Positions 50,975-61,475 of a stretch of DNA of 64,000 nucleotides are shown piece after piece. Under the pieces are notes generated by a model, which was not told the origin of the DNA, ran no database searches, and saw only the letters and a list, made by a program, of their open reading frames with translations. Position 1 is the stretch's first letter, and the number at the start of each line of letters is the position of its first letter. The position numbers and the translations under genes were made by a program. Source of the DNA: an uncultured Planctomycetota bacterium (GTDB lineage: Bacteria; Planctomycetota; Planctomycetia; Isosphaerales; Isosphaeraceae); assembly GCA_963845755.1 (NCBI GenBank), contig CAWJTV010000033.1, positions 64,001-128,000 on the forward strand. The letters are read 5' to 3'.

Positions 50975-52222
50975 ATGGACCCTCGAGGCGGCGGACGTCA
51001 CCGAATCGGTCGCTGGCTTCCCCATCAGGACGCCTTGGAGGATTGGCTCGAAGGCCTGGTGAAAGACATCCGGGCGAGACGCGGCGGGGCCAAGCTCCAG
51101 CCGGCGGTCGAGGAATTCCGCGAGCTTATCGACAGCGATCCGATCGTCCGCCTGCTGATCGCCCAGATGATCGAACAGGTCCCCGATACCAAGCCGTACA
51201 CCAGGAGGCATCTGGAGGGCATCGACCAGATGCTGCTGCTGATCGACGAGGTGATCGGCCGCGCGCCCGAATATAACGAGACCGGCCTGGTCGGGGTCCC
51301 GCTGCACGCCGTGATCGACTGGTGCATGGCGACGCCGGCCGGGTTCGCCGCCTTCCGCCACGACGCGATCAATGGGGCCTTCCGTAGGATCCTGAAGGCG
51401 TGGTGCGAGTTCCTGTGCAGCCCCAAGTCTCTCTATGTCATCAACGACACGCCGCGGGGCTGGAAGTGCGCCTCGGCGCGGAAATCGACCGGGATCGAGC
51501 AGTTCCAGCACAAGCCCCGCGAGAAGCACTGGGGCTTTGCGTCCTGGAACGATTACTTCACACGGCGATTCAAGCCCGGCAAGCGGCCGATCGCGGATCC
51601 CGACGACGACAAGGTGATCGTCAATGCCTGCGAATCGACGCCTTACGCCCTGAAGACGAACGTGAAGCGGGAGGATCGCTTCTGGGTCAAGGCCCAGCCC
51701 TACTCGCTGCGGGACATGCTGGCCGGCGACGAATCGGCGGACCAGTTCGTCGGCGGTTCGGTGTATCAGGCCTATCTCGACGCCCACAACTATCACCGCT
51801 GGCACAGTCCGGTCTCGGGCACGATCCGCAAGGCATTCGTGCGGGAGGGGACCTATTACTCGGAGGCGGAGTCGGAGGGCAAGGACCCCGACGGCATGAA
51901 GAAGTCGCAAGGGTACCTCGCGCACGTCGCCACGCGGGCGATCATCCTCATCGAGGCCGATGACCCCGCCATCGGTCTGGTGTGCCTCATGCCGGTGGGG
52001 ATGGTCGAGGTCTCCTCCTGCATCATCCATCCCGAGATTCGGCCGGGACACCGCGTGAAGAAGGGTGAGGAGATCGGATACTTTCAATATGGCGGCTCGA
52101 CCTACTGCCTGATCTTCCGGCCCGGCGCCATTGCAGGCTTTGCCCCTGAGGCACTTCCGCAGGCGGAGAACCCGGAACCGCCGCTCATCCTGCTCGGGAC
52201 GAAGATCGCGACGGCGGGCTGA
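50975..52222 (+). CDS. Phosphatidylserine decarboxylase family protein with PSDC-type N-terminal domain
   Basis: GLVGVPLHAVIDWCMATPAG, SWNDYFTR, KAQPYSL, YHRWHSPV, GYFQYGGST pyruvoyl cleavage motif. Confidence 0.88.
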   Translation: MDPRGGGRHRIGRWLPHQDALEDWLEGLVKDIRARRGGAKLQPAVEEFRELIDSDPIVRLLIAQMIEQVPDTKPYTRRHLEGIDQMLLLIDEVIGRAPEYNETGLVGVPLHAVIDWCMATPAGFAAFRHDAINGAFRRILKAWCEFLCSPKSLYVINDTPRGWKCASARKSTGIEQFQHKPREKHWGFASWNDYFTRRFKPGKRPIADPDDDKVIVNACESTPYALKTNVKREDRFWVKAQPYSLRDMLAGDESADQFVGGSVYQAYLDAHNYHRWHSPVSGTIRKAFVREGTYYSEAESEGKDPDGMKKSQGYLAHVATRAIILIEADDPAIGLVCLMPVGMVEVSSCIIHPEIRPGHRVKKGEEIGYFQYGGSTYCLIFRPGAIAGFAPEALPQAENPEPPLILLGTKIATAG

Positions 52223-52330
52223 CATAGATTTGTGGTGAGCTGACGTAGATTAGTGAATGGCCGATGGCCAGGCTCAGACCCGAATCCAACGCCGCATGTG
52301 GAGAGTTGACCGGCTCGATGACGATCACCG

Positions 52331-52918
52331 TTACCAGGATTTCGTCACGGGCGTGGGGAGACCGACTCGCATGAAGAACCGAGCGAACGCCTGGGAAAGA
52401 TGCTCGCGATAAGGAGGGAGCAGTTGGGGACGTGAAACGCCCCTCGCTTTGAGCAGCGACTCCAGGACCGGCCGCGGAAGCGTGAAGACTTCGTGGAAAT
52501 CAACGATCCGATGCTCGACCTCAACTCCCTCGTCGCTCTGGCCGTTAAGCAGGTTGAGGTTCCAAATAGTCCCCTCGCAGATCTCATCACAGTAGCGCCG
52601 CCAGGCTTTGGCCGTTGGGTTCTGGCCCTTGCTTCGCTGGTCCTCTTCCCAGGCGTCCTTGAACTCGTTCAGGCCATAGTGAGGACAGAGCACCACATTG
52701 ATAACCTTAGCGTGCTCCAAATCGCAAGCCTGAGTCATCACCACGAGGTCGCGCGATTCGGCAATCATGTGCTCGCCGAGCGAAAGATCTACTGCAACCG
52801 AGCCCGACGACGACCGCAGAGCCGATAGTCTCCAGGAGAGCGCCTGTCATTCCAAGATGAGGTCACCCTGAGTCAGCGGCTCCCCGGCACTAATTGCCCG
52901 ATACCACGCTTCACTCAT
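52331..52918 (-). CDS. Hypothetical protein, putative PemK/MazF-like fold toxin; indel at ~52845
   Basis: LTQGDLI...VVMTQACDL...VVLCP...VDFHEVFTL...LLPPYREHLSQAFARFFMRVGLP. Confidence 0.65.
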
Positions 52919-53188
52919 CGTCGGTGTCCCGGAACTGCCGGCTCGCGCGAAGACGATGGTGGGCTTGTGGCGAGGAAGCCCGCTCAATCGAAGTGTGCCC
53001 TGGAGGCGCGCGATCTCCCGTCTCGGGATCGGAATTACCGAAATACCGCCGACTGGGCGTTCGTCGTCCGAATCGCTGGCAGTCCGCGCCAGGGAGGCCG
53101 AGATGGCTCCGGTCTCATTCGCATCGCCATGCGGAGCGGGCTTGCCCAGGAATCCCGCGGGCGTCTGCTGGCTCTCGAGTTCGGCCAT
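52911..53188 (-). CDS. Small hypothetical protein coupled to the downstream gene (putative antitoxin); probable indel near its 3' end
   Basis: RBS AAAGGAG before MAELESQQ. An alternate frame ends RQFRDTDDE* overlapping ATGAGTGA of the next gene. Confidence 0.5.
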
Positions 53189-53219
53189 GAGAGATCTCTC
53201 CTTTCCGGTTGCGTTCTCA

Positions 53220-53248
53220 AATGTACCACACTCTATCCTACTGGGCAA
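53220..53248 (-). promoter_or_regulatory. Sigma70-type promoter TTGCCC-17-TACATT with extended TG
   Basis: Minus-strand TTGCCC (53248-53243) and TACATT (53225-53220) upstream of ATG 53188. Confidence 0.5.
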
Positions 53249-53329
53249 TCGATGCTTACGGGCACGGTTCTCCACTCAATGCGGAGACAATTCCACGGTT
53301 CCGAAAAGCTCGACGATTCGGATCACGGG

Positions 53330-53775
53330 GCGCAGGTTCTTCTCCGATGAAGCGGAACAAGAAGCGGAGGACAATCCTCCTCGACGCGACCCGCCCGCTC
53401 CTGGCCTATGTGGAGCGGGCCACCATCAACGATGACACGGAGGGGCCGCTGTTCCGTCCGATGACGCCGGACGCGGCGCGCCTCGTCCCGCGGCACGTGG
53501 ACCGCAAGTCCCCCTGGCATCTGGTCAAAAAATACTGCCGCGTCACCGGGATCGATCCCGTCCGGCTGGGCGGCCGGGGCATCGGTATCCACTCGCTGCA
53601 CAAGACCGCCTTCAACGATGCCATCCGTAACGGGGCGACGATGGACGAGGTCCGCGAATTCGCCAGCCACGCCGATATCCGCACCACAGAGATCTACTTC
53701 GTCCTCAAGGAGGAACACGCCGAAGTGGCGGCCCCCCGCATCCAGATCCGGCTGACGGCTTCCAGAAGTCAGTGA
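53330..53775 (+). pseudogene. Tyrosine recombinase/integrase C-terminal fragment, probably inactive
   Basis: GPLFRP, HSLHKT (HxxR Arg replaced), SHADIRTTEIY; the N-terminal half is missing. Confidence 0.8.
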
Positions 53776-54148
53776 ACCCAGGCGTCACGGCTCCGGAAAG
53801 CCTCCCTGCCGAGACCGGCTTCATTCAGGGCGCAACCCCTGAACGGCCCCTATTGCGTACGGAATGAGGACCGGCTTCGCCGAAATGACCGCGGTCGATC
53901 CGATTCTACTCGCCCTGCGATGCGCCGGTCGATCAGACCGCAGCACGCAAGATAGAGGGTGCCGACTCACTCGATCCAAACTAGACTGACGCTAATGCCG
54001 GACTGGAACGGCTTGGGTGGACGCGAGGGCGGAGCGCCGCGGGTTGGGATCGGTCCAGCGATCCCGGCAACGGGTGCTGCCGCCATCGGCCGGGCCAGCC
54101 CGTTGGAGAATTCCCCAGATTGCCCGGCCGTCACGCTGATTTAGGAAC

Positions 54149-54200
54149 GTCCCCGTCTGTCCGTCTGTCCCTCCGTCTGTCCCTGTCCCCGTCTGTCCCC
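54149..54200. repeat. Low-complexity tandem repeat of CCGTCTGTCC-like units
   Basis: ccccgtctgt ccgtctgtcc ctccgtctgt ccctgtcccc gtctgtcccc. Confidence 0.75.
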
Positions 54201-54527
54201 GAGGGACTTCTCGGGATCTAACAATCGCGTCGCAAGCCCGAGACTTGGAGCGATTCCGCCGCGGAATTCCCTAGAGTCGGGCCGGTTTGCCGGCGCTGCG
54301 TCCCGAAGTGTCCCGCTCCGTCGCGTAGGATAACGTTGGCCCCTCCGAAGAATCGACGGGGCGGAAATCCCGTCGGAGCCGGTCTTCATGGAATGACAGT
54401 CGCCACCCGCACTCCATACAATCCAAGGTGGGGGTGAGCCACAGCGAATACTCCTCCCGCATCCGAACGTCAGCTGTTTGGGAGTCGTCTTCGGTTCGGG
54501 TTTGCTGGGTTGCGTAGGGGGGTTCTC

Positions 54528-56445
54528 ATGCGCGTGCACTCTGCGATCGTTCTGGTCATCATCGGCTGTCTCCAACCGGCTCGGTCCGAGGAACCGCATA
54601 CCTTCTGGGGCAAGACGGTCGAGCAGTGGCTCGCGGTCTATCGCGACAAGGCAAGCACCGAGGTCCAGCGCCGGCAGGCTCTCTATGCACTGGGGGGCTT
54701 CGGGCCGGAGGCCAAGGCAGCTCTTCCGCATCTTATCGAGGCCCGAGACATGGAGGGCCTGATCGGGATCGGTGGACCGGCCGTTCCGGCTCTTCGCGAC
54801 CTCCTGAACGACCCGGACGACTCTGTGCGCGGCTGCGCGGCCCAGATCCTCGGGAAGATCGGTCCGGAGGCGAGGGCTGCCGTCCCGTCGCTCATCCGCG
54901 CGATCCATCGCTCCGATCCCGCGCCGAAGCCGAACGGCCTCGTTCGCGAAGTGGTCGAGTCCCTGGGTGAGATTGGACCGGCGGCCAAGGCCGCTATCCC
55001 GGCCTTGAACGACCTGCTTGACAATGCCGGCGATGACGATTTCGATGTGGTGCTGGCTCTGAATCGCATCGGAAGCTCCGCCGGTCCCGAAGCTGCTGGA
55101 TGCATTCCTGCGCGACGCGAATCCGGACGCGGCCTATCGCCTATCCTGGCTCGGTCCCAAGGGCGGCGAAGCGGCTCCCGCCCTGCGTGCGGCCCTGTCC
55201 GACAAACGGCCCGAGGTCCGCATCTCCGCGGCGATCGCCCTCGCGCAGATCGAGCCTTCCGCCCCCGAATCGATACCGGTGCTCATCGAGGCCCTGAAGC
55301 AGCCTGACGACCCGGACTGGCCTGCCGGACCCGAAGCCGAGGTCCTCGCTGGACTCGGTCCCCGAGCCAAGGCGGCGATTCCAAAGCTGATTCGACTCAT
55401 TCAGCACGGATCCAATAAGTCGGGATTCCTCGAGGATCTCCTCAAAGTCCTGGTGCAGGTCGATCCCGAGGGTAAGGAATGCGTGCCCGTGCTGATCGAG
55501 GCCCTGAGCCATCAGGAACTCGAGGTGGTTGACACAGCGGCCCAGTGCCTCGGCCTGCTGGGGCCGCGGGCGAAGGACGCCATCCCGGCCCTGGCGACGA
55601 GCGTGACGCGCGATTTCCGAAAGGAATTCGTCAACGACTACGACCCCCAAGTGCATGCCACCAAGGCGCTCCGGCGGTTCGGCCCGCGAGCGAAGTCGGC
55701 GATCCCCGCCCTGATCGGCGCCTTGAAGTATTGCCGCACGATACCCCCGGATCAGGATGGATTCGATCGTGGCGGGCTCGATCCAAGGGGTGATTACCGT
55801 AACTGGCAGACCGCCGCGGCCGCCGCCCAGGTTCTTGGTTCTTTCCAGACCGGGGCGAAGGCCGCGGTCCCCGCCCTGATTGAAGCCATCCGAACCCGCG
55901 AAAAAGATAATGCGAACTTCTTTGTTCGCCGCGAGGCCATCCTGGCCCTGGGACGCATCGGACCCGACGCCAAGGCGGCGATCCCGGTCCTCCGAGAATT
56001 GATGACCGGATATGGTGAAAAGTCCCGCTACTATCCCGAAGTGGTGATTGCCCTCTTTCAATTGGCCCCCGACGGGAAGGAGATCGCCGAGAGTTGGCTC
56101 AAGGACTCAGTCGGCGTCGGAGCGGGGGAGTATCGAGCTATGGTGCTCGGCGCGATGGGCCAGGTGAGTTTCGAGACGGATTGTCTCACACGCCACACTC
56201 TGCGACATATCGATTGGATGCCCGGTTGCGATGATCCGAGAGACGAGAACTGGATCGGGTTTCTCGAGGGATGGTTGGAAGGGATCGGCGCCTTCCGTTC
56301 CGCGGGGCGTTTGGCCATCCCGCGCCTGGAGGATATCCGCAAGCACCACAGGAACCCCTGGGTCCGCATGTGGGCCACGGAGGCCCTCGAACAGATCACG
56401 ACGGCCCTGAAGGTCAAGGGCGATGAGACGCCAGCAAGGAAGTAG
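54528..56445 (+). CDS. Secreted HEAT-repeat (PBS lyase-like) protein; indel at ~55080
   Basis: Signal peptide and repeated LG.IGP.AKAAIP.LIEAL units in two successive frames. Confidence 0.88.
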
Positions 56446-56829
56446 GTCAGGTGCTCCAGTCCAATGACGTGACTCCGTCATCGTCGCGCGCTTCGGTCCG
56501 ACACTACCGACGCACGTTCGGGACTGGCGAGGCTCGGAGGGAGTCCAAGGCGTCGTTTCTCACTGCGGCTGAGACCTCCGATAATCACACCTATGTCATG
56601 TCGAATTGCGTTGTTCTCCCTGTGTCGGTCATAGGCGTACGCGAGCGAAGACGGTCGGGCGGAGCGTTATTGGTCCTGGCCGCCGCACCCACGGGCCGAT
56701 GGGACCGGTCGCGTTCGCCCTTGATCGGCACCCACAAGAACGCGATTGCACCCGGCTTCCGCGTTCGATGGGCGTCCGTCTCTCGTTCCGGCATTCCGTC
56801 GCTTTTTTCCGACAGCCGGCAGAACTCTG

Positions 56830-56857
56830 TTGACGCGGATTGGAATATTTGTACACT
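56830..56857 (+). promoter_or_regulatory. Sigma70-type promoter TTGACG-16-TACACT for the SWIM-VWA-MoxR operon
   Basis: TTGACG 56830-56835, TACACT 56852-56857, RBS AAGGA before ATG 56921. Confidence 0.55.
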
Positions 56858-56920
56858 ATGGTCGGCGATGAGAGTGGCAACTGTGGACCAGCGACCACTC
56901 GCTCTTGAAGGAATCGGATC

Positions 56921-57392
56921 ATGATGCAGCAAGCGAGCGTCATTTCCGCGAGTGGTCTGGCCGGAAGCCGAACCGTGAAGACCGTGCCGTTTGTCGAACT
57001 TTCCGGCGGACGCGTGCAAGGGGTCGTGTCCAGCGGGTCGGACATTCATCGCGTTTATGTCTCGTTCATCGAGGGCCGGACCGGCAACTACTACTGCTGC
57101 ACGAACAACAACCGGCCGTGCGGCGGTCTGGGGGTGGGTCCGTGCAAGCACATCCATCGGATGATCGACGAAGCGATGCTCCAGTACGGTCCGCAGGAGG
57201 TCGCGGCCTATCTCGGCGTGACGACCGACGGACCCGCGGTTGATGAAGCGGCCGAGCTGGTCGCCTTGCTTGCGGGGCTCGGAACGGAAAGAGTCGCCGG
57301 GCGTGGTCTTCAGCCGGTTCTTGAACTATCTTCGATATTGCGAGTTGCGTGTACGGCCCGGTACCGTCCTCGAAATGAGCTGGTTCGTGTGA
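56921..57392 (+). CDS. SWIM-like zinc finger protein; indel at ~57270
   Basis: QGVVSSGSDIHRVYVS, YYCCTNNNRPCGGL...PCKH. The shifted frame ends FSRFLNYLRY...EMSWFV*, overlapping the next ATG. Confidence 0.75.
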
Positions 57393-58686
57393 TGGACGCT
57401 CTCAAGAGTCTACCCCCAGGCGTCAACGAAACCCTCGAACTGGTCGGGCGGTTCGACGAGTGCCTCGTCCACGGGTTTGCCCGGCTGGGCGACACCCACC
57501 GACGCACGCTCGATCACCTGGCCGCGGTCTTCGACGGCTCGCCGCTCGGCCAGTCCGTGGCCGAGGCGGTCGCGGCGGTTGAGCGGAGTGAGTTCGTCCC
57601 GAGGTCGTTCCTGGTGCTGGCCTCGGCACGAGTCGCGCTGCTCGGTGCCGTGCACGATGCCCTCCTCGGCCAGATCCAGGCGGAGCTGAGACGTCCGGCG
57701 GTCCGCTCCGAGGAAACGCCTTCGCAGCCTCCTGGTGGATCGTCCGCGGCGATGGCGAGCGTCCAGCATTGGCTCGCCGAGCTGGCCATCGCCGGCCTCC
57801 GTCAGTTGGAGGAGGCCGCGGTGGCCCCGTTTGCCGCCACGCTGGAGAATCTCCAGGACGATCCCAGACTTGACCGGTCTGGCGGCTTTGTTGACCGGCT
57901 TCCACAACGAACTCGCGCGGTCCATGCCGGTGGCGCGCCTGCCGGACGTCCCCGCTTTCCGATGGGGCGATCTCTGGTCGGCGGCATTCGTCCGGACGCA
58001 GTACCTGCCCCCACCTCCGGGGTTTCGCGATGCTCAGGGCACCCTCACCCCCCTGGGCCTCGACATCCAATCTCATGAGAACTTCGTTTGTGCCTCGCTC
58101 TACGGACTGTTTGACGACGGCACGGCGAGGACCGTTCGCGTTCCGTTCACGGGTTACAAGGTGGGCGCGATCGCCGGCCCCGAGATCTGGGACGTGTTCG
58201 GAGCCCTGGCCACTCCCGTCCTGGATGCGCTCGAACAACGGAAGGCGCTCCGCGTTTCCGGTGCCGAGCTTCGGGACAACGGCGACCTGATCCTGCGATC
58301 GCCCCCGAAGAAGGGGGCTGCCGCCGATCCCTGGACCGCCGCCGACCGGCTCACGTCGCTACCACCGCCGTCGCCCCTGGCTCGACATCCGGTCCATATC
58401 GCCGAGGTGGTTCACCTCAAGGGCGCCCATGGCTTGCCCATCGCCGAGGAACGGATGGCCGCGGGGAGCGAACTCACGGCCGAGGCGATCGCGGCGTCCA
58501 CCGAAACGATCGGGATCTTGCGCTTCGATCGCGGAGGGTGGCGAGTCCAGCCGCTCTGCATCCGGCATCCGATCATGGGGCTGGTCCAGAGCGGCGAAGG
58601 CATCGCCGAGGCAAGGCGGAAGGTGAAGCATGGCTCGCTCGAGGTCTTGCAGGAGGCGCGCCAGCCGGCTGCTCCGGAAATCGTGA
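57392..58686 (+). CDS. Hypothetical protein of the MoxR/VWA operon; indels at ~57865 and ~58655
   Basis: MDALKSLPPG...GFARL...WLAELAIAG...RWGDLWS...RHPVHIAE...LRFDRGGWRVQPL...ERASRLLRKS*. Confidence 0.7.
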
Positions 58687-58695
58687 GGTCCGACC

Positions 58696-60124
58696 ATGGC
58701 TGATCCCGCGATCGGCAACCAGCGTCAGATGGTCTACTGGAGGCTCTTGAGCGCAGTCGCTGGCCTCGGCGAGACGGGCGCGGCGCTGGAAACCATGGCC
58801 GCGAACCTGGCCGCGCGGCTCGAGCTGCCGACCGAGATCCTCGACCCCACGATCGGCGTCGATGTGCTCCTGCATCGCTATCCGAAGCTGATCCCCCACT
58901 TCGAGGCCGTACAGCGTTGTATGCAACCCCCCGAGGAGGACGCGTCCGATCCCTCGACAGCCGGCGCCCCGCTACTAGAGCCGGCCCCGGATGGGGACGG
59001 CGACCTCCGTCGCGCCTTCGCGTTCTCGAAGCTCTTACTCAACGTGTTCGGACCGAATACAAGGTCCCCATCGTGCACCGCGGCGCAGTACAGCCAGTGG
59101 TGTCAGGACGTGGCGGCGTTCGAGCGGTGCATGGGCCTGGCGCCGGGCTCGTTACGCCAGGGGAGCGGGACTCCTACCGTTGGGCCGTCCACGGGTCGCG
59201 GGATGGGACCGAGCGGCCACGCTCCGATCATCGATGACCGGCAGCTCCGCGAGGAGCTGGTCGCCATGGAGAGCGACCTCGTCAAGCGCATGGACCTGCG
59301 CGAGGTGCTCAAGGACGACCGGCTCGCCGCCCAGCTCACTCCAAGTATGCCCCTCCTCGAGCAACTGCTCCGCGACAAGTCCAACCTGTCTGGCCCGGCG
59401 CTGGCCAACGCCCGGCGATTGATCAAGAAATACGTCGATGACCTGGCTGCCGTGCTCAAGAAGCAGGTCTATAGCTCCAAGTCCGGCGAGATCGATCGAT
59501 CGGTGCCGCCGAAGCGGGTCTATCGCAACCTCGACCTCAAGCGCACGGTCTGGAAGAACCTGCACCATTTCAACCCGGGCGATCGCCGGGTTTACGTCAA
59601 CCAACTCTTCTATCGGCAGACGGCACAGAAGACCCTGAACAAGTACCTGATCGTGGTCGTCAACCAGTCGGGTTCGATGGTGAGCGCGATGGTTCAGTGC
59701 GCGATCCTGGCATCGATCTTCTCGACGCTCCCACGGGTCGTCGTCTCGCTGGTCGCCTTCGATACCAACGTGATCGACCTGACGCCCTGGGTGGCCGATC
59801 CGTTCGAAGCCCTATCTGCGCACCAACCTGGGCGGGGGCACGTACGGCCCCAGGGCGATGGAATTCGCCCGCGGACTCGTCCACGATCCCCGACGCACCA
59901 CGATGGTCTGGATCTCGGATTTCTTCGACGATCACGGGCTATTCGAGATGATCAAGGCCGTCAAGCAGTCCGGCGTCCACTTCATCCCCGTCGGCTCGGT
60001 CAGCGGTACGGGATACTTCAGCGTCGAAGAATGGTTCCGCAAGCAGCTCAAGGGCATCGGCCTTCCCGTCCTGACCGGCAACATCAAGAAGCTGATCGTC
60101 GAGTTGAAGAAGCAATTGAATTGA
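58696..60124 (+). CDS. VWA domain (CoxE/YehP-like) protein; indel at ~59815
   Basis: NQRQMVYWRLL, LDLKRTVWKNL, IVVVNQSGSM (MIDAS position), AFDT, LGGGT, ISDFFD. Confidence 0.85.
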
Positions 60125-60169
60125 CGCGTTCGACTCTTTCTCCGTAGGATCCCCGCGCCATACGCGCAT

Positions 60170-60258
60170 TCGAAGAATTCAAGATTGCACATTCAAGATT
60201 GAAGGAGACGATTCTGGAGTCCGGAATCTCGAATCCGGAATCTCGAATCCGGAATCGC
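60170..60258. repeat. Heptamer tandem repeats (ATTCAAG/ATTGCAC; GAATCCG/GAATCTC) between the VWA and MoxR genes
   Basis: gaattcaagattgcacattcaagattg and gagtccggaatctcgaatccggaatctcgaatccggaatcg. Confidence 0.75.
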
Positions 60259-60299
60259 CTTGGGTTGCGGCCGACGGCCGCGTTGGGAGGAGTCAAGCG

Positions 60300-61471
60300 A
60301 TGGCGAAGATCAAATCGGTCGGTGCGGTTCAACCTCCAGCTCCGGTCTCGGCCGAGCCTGCCGAAACAATCCTCCGCGAGCCGGCGGAGGTGAAGTACGC
60401 CGGCGAGCTGGAATGGCTCCGGTCGATCGACACCGGACCGCGGCCTTCGAGCTGGCGCCTCTCGCCGCGCATGGTCCGGATCTTCGTCCTGGGCTCGTCG
60501 CCTTCGGACAAGCTCGATCGGTCGATCACACCCAAGTTCTTCGGCGACGCTGGGACGGCCGAGCGTGCGATCGTGACACTCGCCAGCGATCGTGGCCTGC
60601 TCCTGATCGGCGATCCCGGCACGGGCAAGAGCTGGCTCGCCGAGCTCCTCGCCGCTGCGATCTGCGGCAACAGCACCCACGTGGTCCAGGGGACCGCCGG
60701 GACCACCGAGGACCAGATCAAGTATTCGTGGAACGTGGCGATGGTCATCGCCGCCGGCCAGTCGCGCGACAGCATGATCCCGTCGCCGATCATGACGTCC
60801 ATGCAGCATGGCCTGATGGGGCGGTTCGAGGAGCTCACGCGTTGCAGCAGCGACGTGCAAGATGCGTTGATCTCGATCCTCTCGGAGAAGTACATCACCA
60901 TCCCCGAGCTGAAAGGCGACAACGTGGTCTTCGCCCGGCCGGGATTCAACATCATCGCGACGGCCAATGCCCGAGATCGGGGCGTCAACGAACTGTCAAC
61001 GGCCCTCAAGCGCCGATTCAACTTCGTGCAGATCCCGATCGTCACCAACAAGGCCACCGAGAAGGAGATCGTCCTGTTCCGCACCCGCGAGCTCCTGGCG
61101 CGGAACCGCTTCGATGTGGAATTGCCCCCGGCGATGCTCGACATCCTCCTCCAGACCTTCGCCGACCTGCGCGAGGTCTCGGCGTCCGAGACCTCCGAGG
61201 ATTCCCGACTCGAGAGCGCCTTGTCGACGGCCGAGCAGATCGGGGTCCTGGAGGATGCCGTGCTCCACGGCCAGTTCTTCGGGGCAGGGGAGCTTGCCCC
61301 CGAAATGCTGGCCCGGTCGCTGGTCGGCACCCTGGTCCGGCGACATCCCGGAGGATGTCTCCATCCTCAATAAGTTCTGGCATGCCGGCGTGTCCAAGCG
61401 CGAAACACGACGGCGGGGCCTGGAAGGCGTTCGAAGCCGCAGGCAAGGAAACGCTCCAGAAGATGAAGTGA
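60300..61471 (+). CDS. MoxR-family AAA+ ATPase (YehL-like); indels near the 3' end
   Basis: LREPAEVKYAGEL, Walker A GDPGTGKS, QGTAGTTEDQIKYSWN, Walker B RFEELTR, ATANARDRGVNELSTALKRRFNF. Confidence 0.92.
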
Positions 61472-61475
61472 TGCC

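Noticed and set aside
50498..52225. 575-aa minus-strand ORF
   Set aside because: Antisense to the PSD gene; only the last 105 codons (MPRGDK...) are a recognisable protein.
54149..54200. Possible CRISPR or iteron array
   Set aside because: Short degenerate units without unique spacers; no cas or rep gene.
53776..54500. tRNA or att site beside the integrase remnant
   Set aside because: No cloverleaf, T-loop consensus or clear direct repeat recognised by eye; a covariance-model search would be needed to exclude it.
56446..56830. Structured ncRNA or small ORF upstream of the SWIM operon
   Set aside because: No recognisable riboswitch or RNA motif, and the ORFs there lack an RBS and protein-like composition.
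60170..60258. Possible CRISPR array
   Set aside because: 7-nt tandem units with no repeat-spacer structure.
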